Source: Eledone cirrhosa
Lineage: Eukaryota
Reading direction: 5' to 3'
Length of the DNA: 64,000 nucleotides
Assembly (NCBI GenBank): GCA_964016885.1
Contig: OZ024753.1
Span: forward strand, 36,270,001-36,334,000
Shown one piece after another: positions 26,821 to 43,320 of the stretch. The notes beneath the pieces are model-generated. The model worked only from the letters and a program-made list of their open reading frames with translations. It ran no database searches and had not been told where the DNA came from. A program made the translations under genes and the position numbers. Each line of letters begins with the position of its first letter. Positions within the stretch are counted from its first letter, which is position 1.

Positions 26821-27359
26821 ATTATGATGATGATGATAATAATAAAGATACTACTACTAATAACAATAATGTTTATGATGCTGATAATGATGATGATTTC
26901 TTTTAGCGGTCACAATGGTCCAAGACATTGAGGAAAATACAGGAGCCCATGCCTCTCATGGTGCGAACACAACTAATCTTTTTTTTTTTTTTTTCGAGAG
27001 AGAGAGAAAGAGAGAGAGAGAGAATGATAGAGAGGGGTGAGTAAGAGACATAGAAAAAACATCGACCTCCAGTACTTGACTGGTACATCTTTATCGACCT
27101 CGAAAAGATGACAAACGAAGTTGACCTCGTCGGGATTTGAACTCAGAGGACAGAAAGAGCTAGAAATGCCACAAAGCCTTCTTCTATCAACTCAGCCAAT
27201 TTATCGCCTAAGAGAAACAATAGACCGCAATATATAATGTTATAGTTCGTAAATAGAGTGATACTCTAGTCAATGTAATAAGTAACTCTAACACTTTTAT
27301 CTGATCTCACCTTTCCCCTATTTTAAAGTGGTTACGACACTCACATACAGATACACATA

Positions 27360-27428
<69 letters not shown>

Positions 27429-27435
27429 CTCATAA

Positions 27436-27497
<62 letters not shown>

Positions 27498-27651
27498 GTG
27501 TGTATGTGTGTGTGTACATATAGGTATATATATACACACATACATATAGGTGTCTATCTACATATACAAACACGAACGGTTATACATACATACATACATG
27601 CATACATACATGCATACATACATACATACATACATACATACATACATACAT

Positions 27652-27690
<39 letters not shown>

Positions 27691-27738
27691 TGCATGCATA
27701 TATACGTACATACATACGTACATACATACATACATACA

Positions 27739-27788
<50 letters not shown>

Positions 27789-28546
27789 CATATATATATA
27801 CATGCATGCATATATACGTACATACATACGTACATACATACAAAACAAACAGAGACATAGACGACTTCGTACAATACAACATTCTCACATCACACTACAA
27901 CACACCACACCACATAATGCTACAACACACCACAACACATCACATCACACCATATCACAACACATCGCAGCATATCACATCTATATATCTATCTACACAC
28001 GAAATCCCACGTTGCTTATTCGTTTTGTTGATTACATTACCGAGCGAACTCTATTACCAGATCACCGGACTCTAAACCTAGTTATCAATTCAAAGTAACT
28101 TCGTATAAAATTCTATTTCTTTTCACATAACTTAACTGGAATGCTTGCTCGCTGTTTTTACCACCACGGCTATAAGATCTCTACCGTTTCCACAGAACTC
28201 TCCTCAGCCTCTCTAATCACTTACTCCAGTCAGTCAGCCAAGACAGTCAGTTAATCATGTTTTATTTTTTTGTTTGTTTTTTGTTGTTTCTTTATTTCAT
28301 TGCTGTACAATTGACTGGAGTTTGCTTCTGAAAGTGGCGAAGTAATATAGAGAAACAACAACACACACACACATACATACACACACACACACACTCACAA
28401 AAAAAAAAAAATATATATATATATACACTATATGCATACAATCAGGCACACACACACACATATATATATATACATACTCGCACAAATATATATATACACT
28501 ACTCTATATGCATTCAACCACACACATATTCACATATTTATAAAAC

Positions 28547-28616
<70 letters not shown>

Positions 28617-29376
28617 TATATCCATACTTATATATAGGTGTCTATCTGCATATAACATAAAACAAATATTTAATATATGATAAGTTTATTTTGTACAACA
28701 CACGTGCAGCGTGAACATACACATAATATATTTATTTTAGACTCACTATTTATTATATTAACTATGAGTAGTGGAGAGACTGGGATATATTAAATTGATC
28801 GATAAGTGTGAGGTTACATAATGGCGGGGTTCAATAATCGATTATGGCATATATAATTAAGAATATTTATATTTAGAGAAAATGTATTAGCTTTGAAAAT
28901 ATATGTCTTAACTATAAGAAGTATTGATTTTTAATTTAGGCACAAGGCCAGCAAATTTATTTTATGGGGTGGAGTGCAAAGTTGAGTAAATCGCCCACAG
29001 TACATTACTGATACTTTATTTTAGCGACGCCGCAATGATGGAATACACAGTTAACATTTGTAGGATTGAAACTCAACATTCTGGAATGAACCAGAACAAA
29101 TACCGCAATGACATTTTATTAACGCTCCACCAATTAAGTTTTATTTACATGGTAAAACAATGGTAAACTTTGTAGTTGAAATAATTATACATCTGGCTTA
29201 TATGCCTGTTTAGGACCATGGTTGGATCAACCATTGGGCAAAATATGTACATGCTTGGAGCATCAAGGGGAGAAGGGACTCATTTCATTCAAATTAATTG
29301 TATTTTTTATTAAGAAAAAAAAAATGCTGAATACATAGGGAGGTGGGTGGACAATGTTATTTTAAGTGATAGCACT

Positions 29377-29416
<40 letters not shown>

Positions 29417-29512
29417 GAAAAGATTCAGGACCTCCACGGCTGAGCTCCGGCCGTTTCGACACCTAGATCCAAACTTGTAGTTTTAAACAATTTGATTTAA
29501 TTTAATAATATT

Positions 29513-29720
29513 ATGATTTGGTAGATCTAGTAAGTTTTTTGTTAACTTCAGTGGGAAGACTTTTAAAGATTCCTGGTTAACTTTCCTGGAGAACTTTCAC
29601 GCATTCGTCAGTGGCGGTTGTCAAACTGAGGCGAGAAAGTTCTCCAGGAAAGTTAACCAGGAATCTTTAAAAAGCTTCCCACTGAAGTTAACAAAGAACT
29701 TACTAGATCTACAAAATCAT
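29513..29720. repeat. ~86-bp-arm inverted repeat with 36-bp spacer
   Basis: 29513-29598 vs 29635-29720, few mismatches. Preceded by a family C-like motif (29418-29470) and followed directly by a SINE (29722-29891). Confidence 0.9.
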
Positions 29721-29984
29721 ATCGGTAGAGGGTTGGACGCCATGCTTTCTAGCATAGTTACGCCCCTTTACGGTCTGAGTTCAAATCCCGCCAAGGTTAA
29801 CTTTGCCTTTCATCCTTACGGGGTCGATAAAATAAAGTACCAGTAATGTACTGGATAATTGCTGGCCTTGTGCCTAAAGTAGAAACAATTATAACATTAA
29901 CTCAAATTGTTTAGAACTACAAGTGAAGTAATTCTTTTACTTGTTTTAAATATACCTAACTGTATCAAGGATTTCACACATTTT

Positions 29985-30049
<65 letters not shown>

Positions 30050-30054
<5 letters not shown>

Positions 30055-30180
30055 AGACTCCTGAGACACGCTTTCAATATATCATGGCGACAGTGTCACA
30101 AATGGAGAGCACTATCTGGGTAGTCCTCCCATGTCGGATATTGTTCGTCTAAGAAGGATACGTTTTGTGGGACATTTTCA
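30050..30180 (+). mobile_element. RTE-clade LINE fragment
   Basis: RLLRHAFNISWRQ/VTNGEHYLGSPPMSDIVRLRRIRFVGH (one frameshift), an RTE post-RT motif. Confidence 0.75.
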
Positions 30181-30485
30181 CAAATACCTTGAAAAATATG
30201 TAGACATCAAGATACGATTCTTTACAATTTTTCTTGATATTCTTAAATGTAAACATTGTTTAGTGGTACCTCTGCCAGATCTAAATCTGTTATTAACGAA
30301 GTGAAAACAGGTTTATTGATCACCCTGATAATGATTTTTTTCACCGATATTAAAGAGAGATATACCCAGATGATAACCAAACACAAGACTATCGTCTTAG
30401 TCCTTGTACACGTGGGTGGTCAGGGCACCTTTGAAAATTGCAGGGTCAGCTTCCTCTCGGGCTAAATAAGTATTTTTGAGCGATG

Positions 30486-30750
30486 GAGGCACGTGGCCTA
30501 GTGGTAAGAGTGTTGGACTTACGATCATAATGTCGTGGGTTCGATTCCTGGGCTGCGTGTTCTGTTCTTGAGCAAAACACTTCATTTCACGTTGCTCCGG
30601 TTTACTCAGCTGAAAATGAGTACCAGTAATAGCTGGAGGTTTAACCCTGCGATGGACTGGCGTTCTGTCCAGAGGGGAGTCTTGTATTCTGAGTCGCTTC
30701 ACACCATGAAACCGGGATAAGCACCGGTCAAATGAGCCTTCTGGCTTAAG
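30486..30750 (+). mobile_element. Full-length tRNA-derived SINE
   Basis: A box TGGCCTAGTGG, B box GGTTCGATTCC, central CCCTGCGATGGACTGGCG..TGTCCAG segment resembling conserved SINE core domains. A related head lies on minus at 33650-33812. Confidence 0.85.
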
Positions 30751-31744
30751 ACAGTATCCACTTTAGATCTTGTACAGGTAGATGATCAGTGCCCTTTGAA
30801 ATATTACATGGTTGCTTTCCCTTTATTGGGTACTGATGGAGTGGTAGAGCCTTTGTAGAAGGGAAGCTGTGTCTTCATCCCATTCCACTGGGATTATCAA
30901 ATAATATTAATTATCTTTGACGGACTTTTCTCATGGGGTCACAAACACCCTGAAAACAGTGCGTGTGTGTATGTGATTGTATGTTTATACCTGCAGGTAA
31001 GGGGTAGGGGTGTGTCTGTGTGTTTTTTATGTATGTATGACTACGTGTGTAAGTTGCATCTATATGTGTGTGTGCGTGTATGTGTCTGTGTGCGTGTATG
31101 TGCGTGTAACTTGCATCTATCTATCTATCTATCTGTATGTGGGTGGGTGTCTACACACACACACACACATATATGTCTGTGTGTGAGTGTTTGTCTATGT
31201 GACTGTATGAAATGTCAGTGTGTGCGCGTTATACGTGTGTGTGTGTGACAATACACCTATCTGTCTCTGTGTTTATTAATGTGTGTATATGTGTGTGTGT
31301 GTATGTGTGTATGTGTAACTGTGAGAGAGAGCATGTGTGTATATAATATATAAGTGTCCGTGTCAATGTGTACGGCTCTATCCCCCTACCTAGATCTCTA
31401 TATCTCTATATTTGTGTATCTGTTAGTGTCTGTGTTTCTGTATTTATATAAAGCGCTCTTCAGATTTAATCAACAAATCTATCAAGTTGAAAATACGACA
31501 CAAATTGCTTTAATACTTTTCCTTTCATCTTGTCAGCTCACTTTAAATAATATTTCTTTCTTTCACAACTCTGTTGCCTTTGCAGATGCGAAGGGGAAAA
31601 AACACTTATTTTTGTAGAATTCTCTTTGTACCATTAACTAAGTAAAGCGAATGACGAATTAGAAAGTTTAATCGACTATCAGAACTAAATACATTATTTC
31701 ATGCTATGCTTGCATGTATAGGTGTATACATGTTTATGTATATG

Positions 31745-31776
<32 letters not shown>

Positions 31777-32007
31777 TTAAATGCAAGTACGTATGTGTGT
31801 GTAGTGAGTATATGTATATGTGTGTCTGTATGCTTGTATGCATGCATATATGTCCATTTTAGGTGTGTATGTATGTATATATATATATAATGTATCTATG
31901 TATAGTTATGTGCATGTACATGAATATATGCATATATACACATAGATATACATATTAGTACAAACACAATCACACATACGCACAAAAACAGGCATATATA
32001 TATATGC

Positions 32008-32070
<63 letters not shown>

Positions 32071-32478
32071 TGTGTGTGTATGTGGTTGGATGTAGATATA
32101 ATTGGTGTGTGTCGACGTATTTATTTGCAGGAATATACACAGTACTTATATAGATCCTATTGTACACACATAGTTACAAACATACCTATACATACACACA
32201 TACACGCATATATATATATATATGCGTGTATGTATGTATATATGTGGTTACCTATGTATAACATGTATATACAAACACAGACACAAATCTCTGCTGATGG
32301 GGTTGTTTATATATGAGTGTTTTGTCTCAATACATGTGTAGAGTAAACATGCAAACCATGAAATTAACATCACATACACACACAAGCACACACACACACT
32401 CTCACTCTAACAAGCAAGCACACACTCACACACACGCCGAACGTTTGTAATGTCCTGCGTTAAAACAATTGTTTTAGG

Positions 32479-32523
<45 letters not shown>

Positions 32524-32893
32524 TATTTATTTATTTATATATAAATGTATGTTTATATATGTGTGGATATATATACATATATGTAAATGTATCTCTCTCA
32601 CACACATATATGTATAAGTGTATATATATATATAAACATATATGTAAGTATATATATACATGATATATATAAACATATATATATACATATTATATATATA
32701 AACATATATATAAGTATATATATATATGATATATATATACATATTATATATATAAACATATATATAAGTATATATATGATATATATAAACATATATATAT
32801 ACATATTATATATATAAACATATATATAAGTATATATATATATGATATAAATAAACATATATATATATATATATTATATATATAAACATATAC

Positions 32894-32924
<31 letters not shown>

Positions 32925-33238
32925 ACCAAAATAAATAACAAAATTGGAAGTATAGTATATCTAAATATCTCACAGGATTCTATTTCATCTGTCCGTCATT
33001 TTATAAAGTTAATGTCGAGTAATTATCTCAGTACTTCATACAACAAGACACACTTCCTACTATGTAGTGTTAGTAAAGTAAATTATCCAAACACTTACTG
33101 CCAGTGGATGTTTGAGTATCTAATAGATTTTATTGATGGATGATATACAGAAGATTTGACCGGCGCTAACATTAAGTCCAACTAGGCAGCCAGACAATCA
33201 TGTAGACCCCAGTGAGGTGTATTATTCTATGTAGATAG

Positions 33239-33635
33239 GGCGGTGGATTGGCAGTATCGGTAGAGGGTCGGACGCCATGCTTTGACGCATAGAGTTACGG
33301 CCCTTGCCATTCTGAGTTCAAATCCCGCCGAGGTTAACTTTGCCTTTCATCCTTACGGGGTCGATCAAATAAAGTACCAGTAATGCACTGAGTAATTGCT
33401 GGCCTTGTGCCAAAAGTAGAAACAATTATTCTATGTAGATAGGGCGGTGGATTGGCAGTATCGGTAGAGGGTCAGGGGCCATGCTTAGCAACATAAAGTT
33501 ACGCCCCTTTACACTCTGAGTTCAAATCCTGACGAGGTTAACTTTGCATTCCATCCTTACGGGGTCGATAAATAAAGTACCAGTAATGCACTGGGTTAAT
33601 TGCTGGCCTTGTACCAAAGTAGAAACAATTATTAT
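33239..33635 (+). mobile_element. Two tandem SINEs (dominant family)
   Basis: Both copies are preceded by the same ATTATTCTATGTAGATAG flank (33221 and ~33425), which is either a TSD or a tandem duplication. Confidence 0.88.
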
Positions 33636-33874
33636 ATGTATTATATGTTAAACCCTCTGATATTGCTGGTACTCATTTTTAGCAGAGTAAACTAGAGTAA
33701 CGTGAAATGAAGTGTTTTGCCCAAGAATACAATACACAACCCAGTCCAGGATTTGAACTCTCGACATTATGATTGTAGGTCCAACACCATTACCACTAGG
33801 CTACACGCCTCCACTCCTTGCTAATCCTTCGAAACACCATGTTTGTTTTAAAAAAAATGATGTTGCTAGTAGTA

Positions 33875-34497
33875 TTGGTGTTGATGATGTTGGAGCTGGG
33901 AGTGGTGGTGGTGGTGGTGGTGGTGGTGTTGGTGCCGGGAGTGGTGGTGTTGGTGGTGGTGGTGGTGGTGGTGTTGATGGTGGTGTTGATGGTGTTGGTG
34001 GTGTTGGTGCCGGGAGTAGTGGTGCTGGTGGTGTTGGTGGTGTTGGTGGTGTTGGTGGTGTTGGTGCCGGGAGTAGTGGTGCAGGTGGTGTTGGTGTTGG
34101 TGCCGGGAGTAGTGGTGTGGGTGGTGTTGGTGGTGTTGGTGGTGGTGGTGGTGGTGTTGGTGGTGTTGGTGCCGGGAGTAGTGGTGTGGGTGGTGTTGGT
34201 GGTGTTGATGGTGTTGGAGCTGGGAGTGGTGATGTTGGTGGGGGTGGTGGTGTTGGTGCCGGGAGTAGTGGTGTGGGTGGTGTTGGTGATGTTAGTGGTG
34301 TTGGTGCCGGGAGTAGTGGTGTTGGTGGTGGTGGTGGTGTTGGTGGTGTTGGTGCCGGGAGTAGTGGTGTTGGTGGTGTTGGTGGTGTTGGTGCCGGGAG
34401 TGGTGGTGTTGGTGCCGGGAGTGTTGGTGCCGGGAGTGGTGGTGGTGGTGCCGGGAGTGGTGGTGGTGGTGCCGGGAGTGGTGGTGGTGGTGGTGAT
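33875..34497. repeat. GGT-rich degenerate repeat with GGTGCCGGGAGT motif
   Basis: Recurrent GGTGTTGGTGCCGGGAGT(A/G)GT; lies between SINEs. Confidence 0.9.
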
Positions 34498-34510
34498 AAA
34501 TCCAGAACAA

Positions 34511-34731
34511 TAATTGTTCCTGCCTTTGGCACAAGACCAGCTATTTAAGGAGGAGGGGAAAGTGGATTAAATTGACTCCAGTACATTACTGGTACTTTAT
34601 TTCATCGATCTCGTAAATATGACAGGTAAAGCTAACCACGGCTGGATTTGAACTCAGAACGAAAAGGGTCGTAACTCCATGCTGCAAAGTATGTTGATCG
34701 ACGCTTTACCGATACTACGAATCCACCGCTC
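34511..34731 (-). mobile_element. tRNA-derived SINE (dominant family)
   Basis: GGCACAAG...CTGGTACTTTATTT..TCGA...GGATTTGAACTCAG...ATCCACCGC. Further minus copies at ~36001-36320, 27060-27210, 28930-29130, 50243-50335 and 55970-56130. Confidence 0.8.
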
Positions 34732-36531
34732 TTATAATAATAATGATGATGATGATGATGATAAAATAGATATATTCGTATTATATAATATATATCAATA
34801 CATATATACAAATAGATACACACATACATACATAAAGTACACGAATATGTATATATATGTATATATATGTATATACGTATATATGGATATAATATTCACA
34901 TACATATTATACATCCATTAATCCACCCATACATTTATACATACATACACACATATACATACGTACATACATACACACATATATATGTGTGTATATATAC
35001 ATACATGCAGGCAGATACATACATACATACATACATACATACACACATGCAGGCAGATATATACATACATACATACATAAATACTTAAATACATACATAT
35101 ATGCATAATTCATAAATACATACATACACACATAAATACATACATACATACATATATACATATATAAATACCTAAATACATACATACATACATAATATAT
35201 AAATACCTAAATACATACATATATGCATAATATATAAATACATACATGCACACATAAATACATACACAAATACCTAAATACACACACACACACAGACACA
35301 CAAATACATACATACACACACATACATACACACACAGAAACATACATACAAACATACCATCACACATCACCTTAGGGGCATAAAATGCAATATAGATTTA
35401 TCGTTACGCTTCAGTTGATGTTTGTCGATACACCGAAGCGTGACAACACTGAAAACTGAAATCAATGAACGAGTGACTCAATGTCGCTATGTGATGCCTA
35501 CAGAAAGAAGACTCCATCTCAACTGAACTGTTCATAAAAGCAAACCTGTCTTAGGCCTGTCTTTATAATGTTCTGTAAATTTTGAGATTGGTGCAATGAA
35601 CTTTTAATAAGGATATTGTTTTAACACGTTAACCCAGTAAACATAAGCTATCAGGTGTTTAGATTCTGAATCACATTTGTTCTTTATTCTCTACTAACTA
35701 TATTACCATATAAAACCAACAGAAGAACTATGTATGTATGTATGTATGTATGTATGTATGTATGTATGTATGTATGTATGTATGTATGTATGTATGTGTG
35801 TGTGTGTTTGTGTGTGTGTGTGCGTGTGTGTGCTCGAAAATGTATAAAAATGCACACTGGTAAATGCACATATGCACACATACACACACATAAGCCCATA
35901 CATATGTACAAACACACAGACAAGCACATACATATGCACACATGAGCACATACGTATGCACATATACACACATAAGCAACATACATATGCATATATAAGG
36001 GTTTCTGATTTAGGTACAAGGCAAACAATTTTAAATTGACCCCGTGCATCACTGGTACTTTATTTTAAGTATAAAAGGCAAAGCTAACCTCGGCGCGATT
36101 TGAACTCCAAACGTAAAGGAACGTAACTATATACCACAAAACATGTTGTCCGACGCTCTACTGATACAGCTAATCCACCGGCCTCAATGATTTCTGATTT
36201 AGGCACAAAGGGGAATGTTGATTACATCGACCCCAGTACGTTACTGGTATATTATTTTATCGACCCCGTAAGGATGAAAGGTAAAGCTGACCTCGATGTG
36301 GTCTGAACTCAAAATGTAAAGGGTTGTCGATAGATACGATAGGTTAGCTCGGGAGGTTAAGCAGTGGTGGTCACTGAAAAAGGCGGTGGTAATACCAATG
36401 ATAGTTGGAGTCTTAAGAACAGTGAGTAGAGATCTTGAGAAGAACATTAAATAAATAGGGTGGGTGGGGGTGGAACAATAACATGAATGGGGGAAAGAGA
36501 CAGACAGACAGATAGGTAGGTATATAGATAG

Positions 36532-36564
<33 letters not shown>

Positions 36565-36918
36565 AGGAGAGAAAACGACAGTGTGTGTGTGTAACAGAGA
36601 GAGTGTGTGTATGTGTTTGTGTATAAGAGAGAAATTAAAGGCGTGTGTGTGCTTGTCTGTGTGTGTGAGAGAGAGAGAGAGACAGAGACAGTTATATTTA
36701 TATATATATAACTAGATCGACAGACAGGTAGATAGAGAGAGAAAGAGAGGGGGAGAGGGAGAGGGAGAGAGAGAGAGAGAGGGGAGTTAGAGAGAGGGCG
36801 AGAGAAAGAGAGAGAAAAGAGAGAGGCGGAGAAAGAAAGAGAGAGGCGGAGAAAGTGAGAGAGAGCGGAGAGAGAGAGAAGAGAGAAAAAAGAGAGAGAT
36901 GAGAGAGTGAGAGAGAGC

Positions 36919-36982
<64 letters not shown>

Positions 36983-37462
36983 AGTATGTGGATATGTAGT
37001 TTTTGTGTATGTGTTAGTGAAGTGAAATAGAAGGAAAATATGAGAATATATGAGAAATAGTAACGAGGTACGAATATTAAGGAAGTTAGACATTGCCGGA
37101 AGGGTTTCTATGAGGAGTTGTAACGATGAGATGAATACGTGTGTGTGTGTGCGCGTGTGTATGTGTATGTGTATATGAGTGTATGTATGTGTGTATGTAC
37201 GTGTGTGTGTGGGGGGGGGGTATATGTATTGTATATGTGCGTCCAAGTATGTATCTAATGAGGTACGAAGGATGTACGAATGTTTGCGTGTATCTATTTA
37301 TCTATCTACACACACACATATATATATACATATATATGCATATAATCGATTAGTTTATACATACAGATACATATATAGAGTGTCCCCCAACATGTATACA
37401 CAAATGTACGCATTCTAATCAAAATATGTATACATTTTTGGGGGACAACCTCTGTATATATG

Positions 37463-37496
<34 letters not shown>

Positions 37497-37753
37497 TAAA
37501 CACCGATTGAGAACGAATGAAAAATAAATATATACCCACATTTATTAGAATGCTGTTAAAGTGCGTATATATTTTTGGGGGACACCCTGTATATATATAA
37601 ATGTATATATATATAAATATATATATATGTATATCGTATATATGTATGTATATCATATATATGTATGTAAAAGGTAAACAAAAATAACAACACAATCGCT
37701 ACAGTATATGGGAGGTATATATTAGGTTAACGCTTGATATAGCAGGAAGGAGG

Positions 37754-37790
37754 TCTTAACGTTTCGGACGCTAGTCCTTCATCAGAAAAA
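37754..37790 (-). ncRNA. Minimal type I hammerhead ribozyme (family E)
   Basis: Minus strand reads TTTT CTGATGA A GGAC TAGC GTCC GAAACGTT AAGA. Perfect 4-bp stem II, palindromic ACGT stem III, stem I with one G-U. Confidence 0.82.
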
Positions 37791-38240
37791 AGAATGAGAA
37801 ATAAAACAGATGGACGGGCGGGATAGAATTGGAAGAAATGTCTTTAGATAAAAAATAACAGGTCCATTCATGTTGACATCTCTAATACATATATTTACAT
37901 ATATATATATATATACATATAAATATACATATATATATACATTTATATACATATATATACATATATATATACATTTATATACATATATATACATATATAT
38001 ACATATATATACATATATATACATTTATATACATATATATATATACATTTATATACACATATATACACATATATATACATATATATACACATATATATAC
38101 ATATATATATACATATATATATACATATATATACATATATATATACATATATATATACATATATATATACATATATATATACATATATATATACATATAT
38201 ATATACATATATATATACATATATATATACATATATATAC

Positions 38241-38287
<47 letters not shown>

Positions 38288-38298
38288 CATATATATAC

Positions 38299-38346
<48 letters not shown>

Positions 38347-38417
38347 GTATATATATGTATATATATATATATATATGTATATATATGTATATATATATAT
38401 ATATATGTATATATATG

Positions 38418-38452
<35 letters not shown>

Positions 38453-38457
38453 GTATA

Positions 38458-38498
<41 letters not shown>

Positions 38499-38531
38499 GT
38501 ATATATAAATATATATATATGTATATATGTG

Positions 38532-38571
<40 letters not shown>

Positions 38572-38848
38572 TGTATATATATGTATATATAAATATATAT
38601 ATATGTATATATATGTATATATAAATATATATATATATGTATATATATGTATATATATGTATATATGTATATATATATATGTATATATATGTATATATAT
38701 GTATATATATGTATATATGTATATATATATATGTATATATATGTATATATATGTATATATATGTATATATGTATATATATATATGTATATATGTATATAT
38801 ATGTATATATATATATGTATATATGTATATATAGTATATATATACACA

Positions 38849-38880
<32 letters not shown>

Positions 38881-39049
38881 CATATATATACATATATACA
38901 TATATATATATACATATATACATATATATACATATATATACATATATATACATATATATATATACATATATACATATATATACATATATATACATATAAT
39001 ATATATTTATATATACATATATATATATTTATATATACATATATATACA

Positions 39050-39103
<54 letters not shown>

Positions 39104-39168
39104 TACATATATATATATTTATATATACATATATATACATATATATATATATATATACATATATATAC

Positions 39169-39221
<53 letters not shown>

Positions 39222-39332
39222 CATATATATACATATATATATATATATATACATATATATACATATATATATATATATATACATATATATACATATATAT
39301 ACATATATATATATATATATACGTATATATAC

Positions 39333-39381
<49 letters not shown>

Positions 39382-39726
39382 CATATATATACATATATAT
39401 ATACATATATATACATATATACACATATATATATACATATATACATACATATATATACATATATACATACATATATATACATATATACATACATATATAT
39501 ACATATATACATACATATATATACATATATATACATATATATACATATATACATACATATATATACATATATACATACATACATATATATACATATATTC
39601 ATACATATATACATATATACATACATATATACATACATACATATATATACATATATACATATATATATACATACATATATACATATATATACATACATAT
39701 ATATATACATATACATACACATATAC

Positions 39727-39765
<39 letters not shown>

Positions 39766-40608
39766 CATACATATATACATATACATATATATACATACAC
39801 ATATACATATACATACATATATATATACATACATATATACATATACATATATATACATATATATATACATACATATATACATATACATATATATACATAT
39901 ATATATACATACATATATACATATATTTCATATATATACATATATATTTATATATACACACATATATATAGATATATATACATATATATATACATATATA
40001 TACATATATACATATATATACATATATATATACATATATACATATATATATACATATATATACATATATATTTATATATACACACATATATAGATATATA
40101 TACATATATATACATATATACATATATATATACATATATACATATATATACATATATATATACATATATATACATATATATACATATATATACATATATA
40201 TTTATATATACACACATAATATATTTATATATACACACATATATAGATATATATATACATATATATACATATACATATATATATATATACATATACACAT
40301 ATACATATATACATATACATATATATACATATACATATATATATATATACATATACACATATACATATATACATATACATATATATATACATATATATTT
40401 ATATATACACACATATATATAGATATATATATATACATATATATATACATATACACATATATATACATATATATATATATACATATATATATACATATAT
40501 ATATACATATACACATATATATACATATATATATATATACATATACACATATATATACATATATATATATACATATACACATATATATACATATATATAT
40601 ACATATAT

Positions 40609-40643
<35 letters not shown>

Positions 40644-41038
40644 TATATACATATACATATATATATACATATATCTATATACATATATATATACATATAC
40701 ATATATATATACATATATCTATATACATATATATATACATATATCTATATACATATATATATACATATATCTATATACATATATATATACATATATCTAT
40801 ATACATATATATATACATATATATATATACATATATATATACATATATATATACATATATATATATACATATATACATATATATACATATATATACATAT
40901 ATATATATACATATATATACATATATACATATATATACATATATATATATACATATATATACATATATATATATACACATATATATACATATATATATAC
41001 ATATATATACATATATATATACATATATATACATATAT

Positions 41039-41650
41039 ATGGTGGCTGCCAACTCGTTTTCGAGTACGGCCACTACTTTATATCCATGTAGGAGAACCCC
41101 TACCGATGCGCTGAACGAGTGTGACTTTTTAGTCCAGCCAGCGACTTGAAAACTCTGGTACAAACACTACACTTGTGACAATTACTGACACATAGTGCTG
41201 GGCCCATGGTACCATGTGACGACAAGTGCAGAGAGATCTCCAGATATAAAGCAATGCCTGTGCCGTGAAGCTTTTATAGTGAGCAAAGGCACTGCACAAA
41301 GCCAGTCCCACTCTCTTAACCAAGATGATATTTACCAAAAAGAAGAACAAGTCAACATCATTGGATACCATCAGGGTTGCAGGTGTTATATCAGAGTTTT
41401 CCTTCTCCTAGAATTCTGCCTTGACAAAGGCTAAGGGGTCATCTCTCCCGGTGATTTTGGATGGCCATTGACTCTTAAGAGCTACTTTGCCCTTTGACAG
41501 GTTTTGTTTTTAGTCCTGCAGGATGTCCAAAGTCACCCTCCTCACCAAGAAACCTTGGTGGGGTTGCCAGTTTAGTCGCCAACGACCCGACCATGGGACA
41601 GGTTGTACTGGGATACATGTTACCAGTAGCACCAACTGGTGACCTGACAC
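41039..41650 (-). mobile_element. Family D ~610-bp non-autonomous element, probably RTE-LINE-derived (5'UTR + 3' stem-loop)
   Basis: Three close copies (41039-41650, 41995-42352, 49207-49762). Contains CTAGGAGAAGGAAAACTCTGA and GCTACTGGTA motifs recalled from RTE 5'UTRs. 3' hairpin ACTCG-AAAA-CGAGT within GTGGC..GCCAC, then an (AT)n tail. Confidence 0.75.
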
Positions 41651-41660
41651 ATATATATAC

Positions 41661-41691
<31 letters not shown>

Positions 41692-41957
41692 CATATATAT
41701 ACATATATATATATATACATATATATACATATATATATACATATATATACATATATATATATATATACATATATATATACATATATATATATATATACAT
41801 ATATATACATATATATATACATATATACATATATATACATATATATATACATATATACATATATATACATATATATATACATATATACATATATATACAT
41901 ATATATATACATATATACATATATATACATATATACATATATATACATATATATACA

Positions 41958-41989
<32 letters not shown>

Positions 41990-41994
41990 CATAT

Positions 41995-42352
41995 ATGGTG
42001 GCTGCCAACTCGTTTTCGAGTACGGCCACCACTTTATATCCATGTAGGAGAACCCCTACCGATGCACTCTGGCACAAACACTACACTTGTGACAAGTATT
42101 GACACAGTGCTGAGCCCATAGTACCATGTGACAACAAGTGCAGAGCGATCTCCAGATATAAAGCAATGCCTGTGCCGTGAAGCTTTTATAGTGAGCAAAG
42201 GCACTGCACAAAGCCAGTCCCACTCTCTTAACCAAGATGATATTTACCAAAAAGAAGAACAAGTCAACATCATTGGATACCATCAGAGTTGCAGGTGTTA
42301 TATCAGAGTTTTCCATCTCCTAGAATTCTGCCTTGACAAAGGCTAAGGGGTC
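41995..42352 (-). mobile_element. Family D copy, 5'-truncated with internal deletion
   Basis: Matches 41039-41440 minus ~43 bp after CCGATGC. Confidence 0.85.
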
Positions 42353-42962
42353 ATATATATACATATATATACATACATATATACATACATATATACATAT
42401 ATATACATACATATATACATACATATATACATATATATACATACATATATACATATATATATACATACATATATATATACATATACATACATATACATAC
42501 ATATACATACATATACATACATATACATATATATACATATATATATATATACATACATATATACATATACATATATATTCATATATTTACATATATATTT
42601 ATATATACACACATATATATAGATATATATACATATATATACATATATATACATATATATACATATATATACATATATATTTATATATACACACATATAT
42701 ATAGATATATATACATATATATATACATATATATACATATATATATACATATATATACATATATATATACATATATATACATATATATATACATATACAC
42801 ATATATATATACATATACACATATATATATATACATATACACATATATATACATATACACATATATATACATATACATATATATATATATATACATATAT
42901 ATATACATATATATATATACATATATATATACATATATATATATATACATATATATATATAC

Positions 42963-42993
<31 letters not shown>

Positions 42994-43176
42994 CATATAC
43001 ATATACATATATATACATATATATATATACATATACATATACATATATATACATATATATATATACATATACATATACATATATATACATATATATACAT
43101 ACATATACATATACATATATATACATATATATACATATATATATACATATATATATACATATATATATATATATAC

Positions 43177-43235
<59 letters not shown>

Positions 43236-43269
43236 CATATATATATACATATATATATATATATACACA

Positions 43270-43320
<51 letters not shown>

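Noticed and set aside
30486-30560. tRNA gene
   Set aside because: A/B boxes run on into a SINE body; no proper acceptor stem or terminator.
33769-34548. 259-aa Gly-rich (silk/GAGS-like) ORF and Pro-rich antisense ORF
   Set aside because: Starts and ends inside SINE sequence; triplet repeat open in several frames; no clear splice or signal features. Not fully excluded as an exon.
41129-41434. ORFs of 72-97 aa repeated in family D copies
   Set aside because: Short, on both strands, no recognisable domain; conservation simply reflects recent copying.
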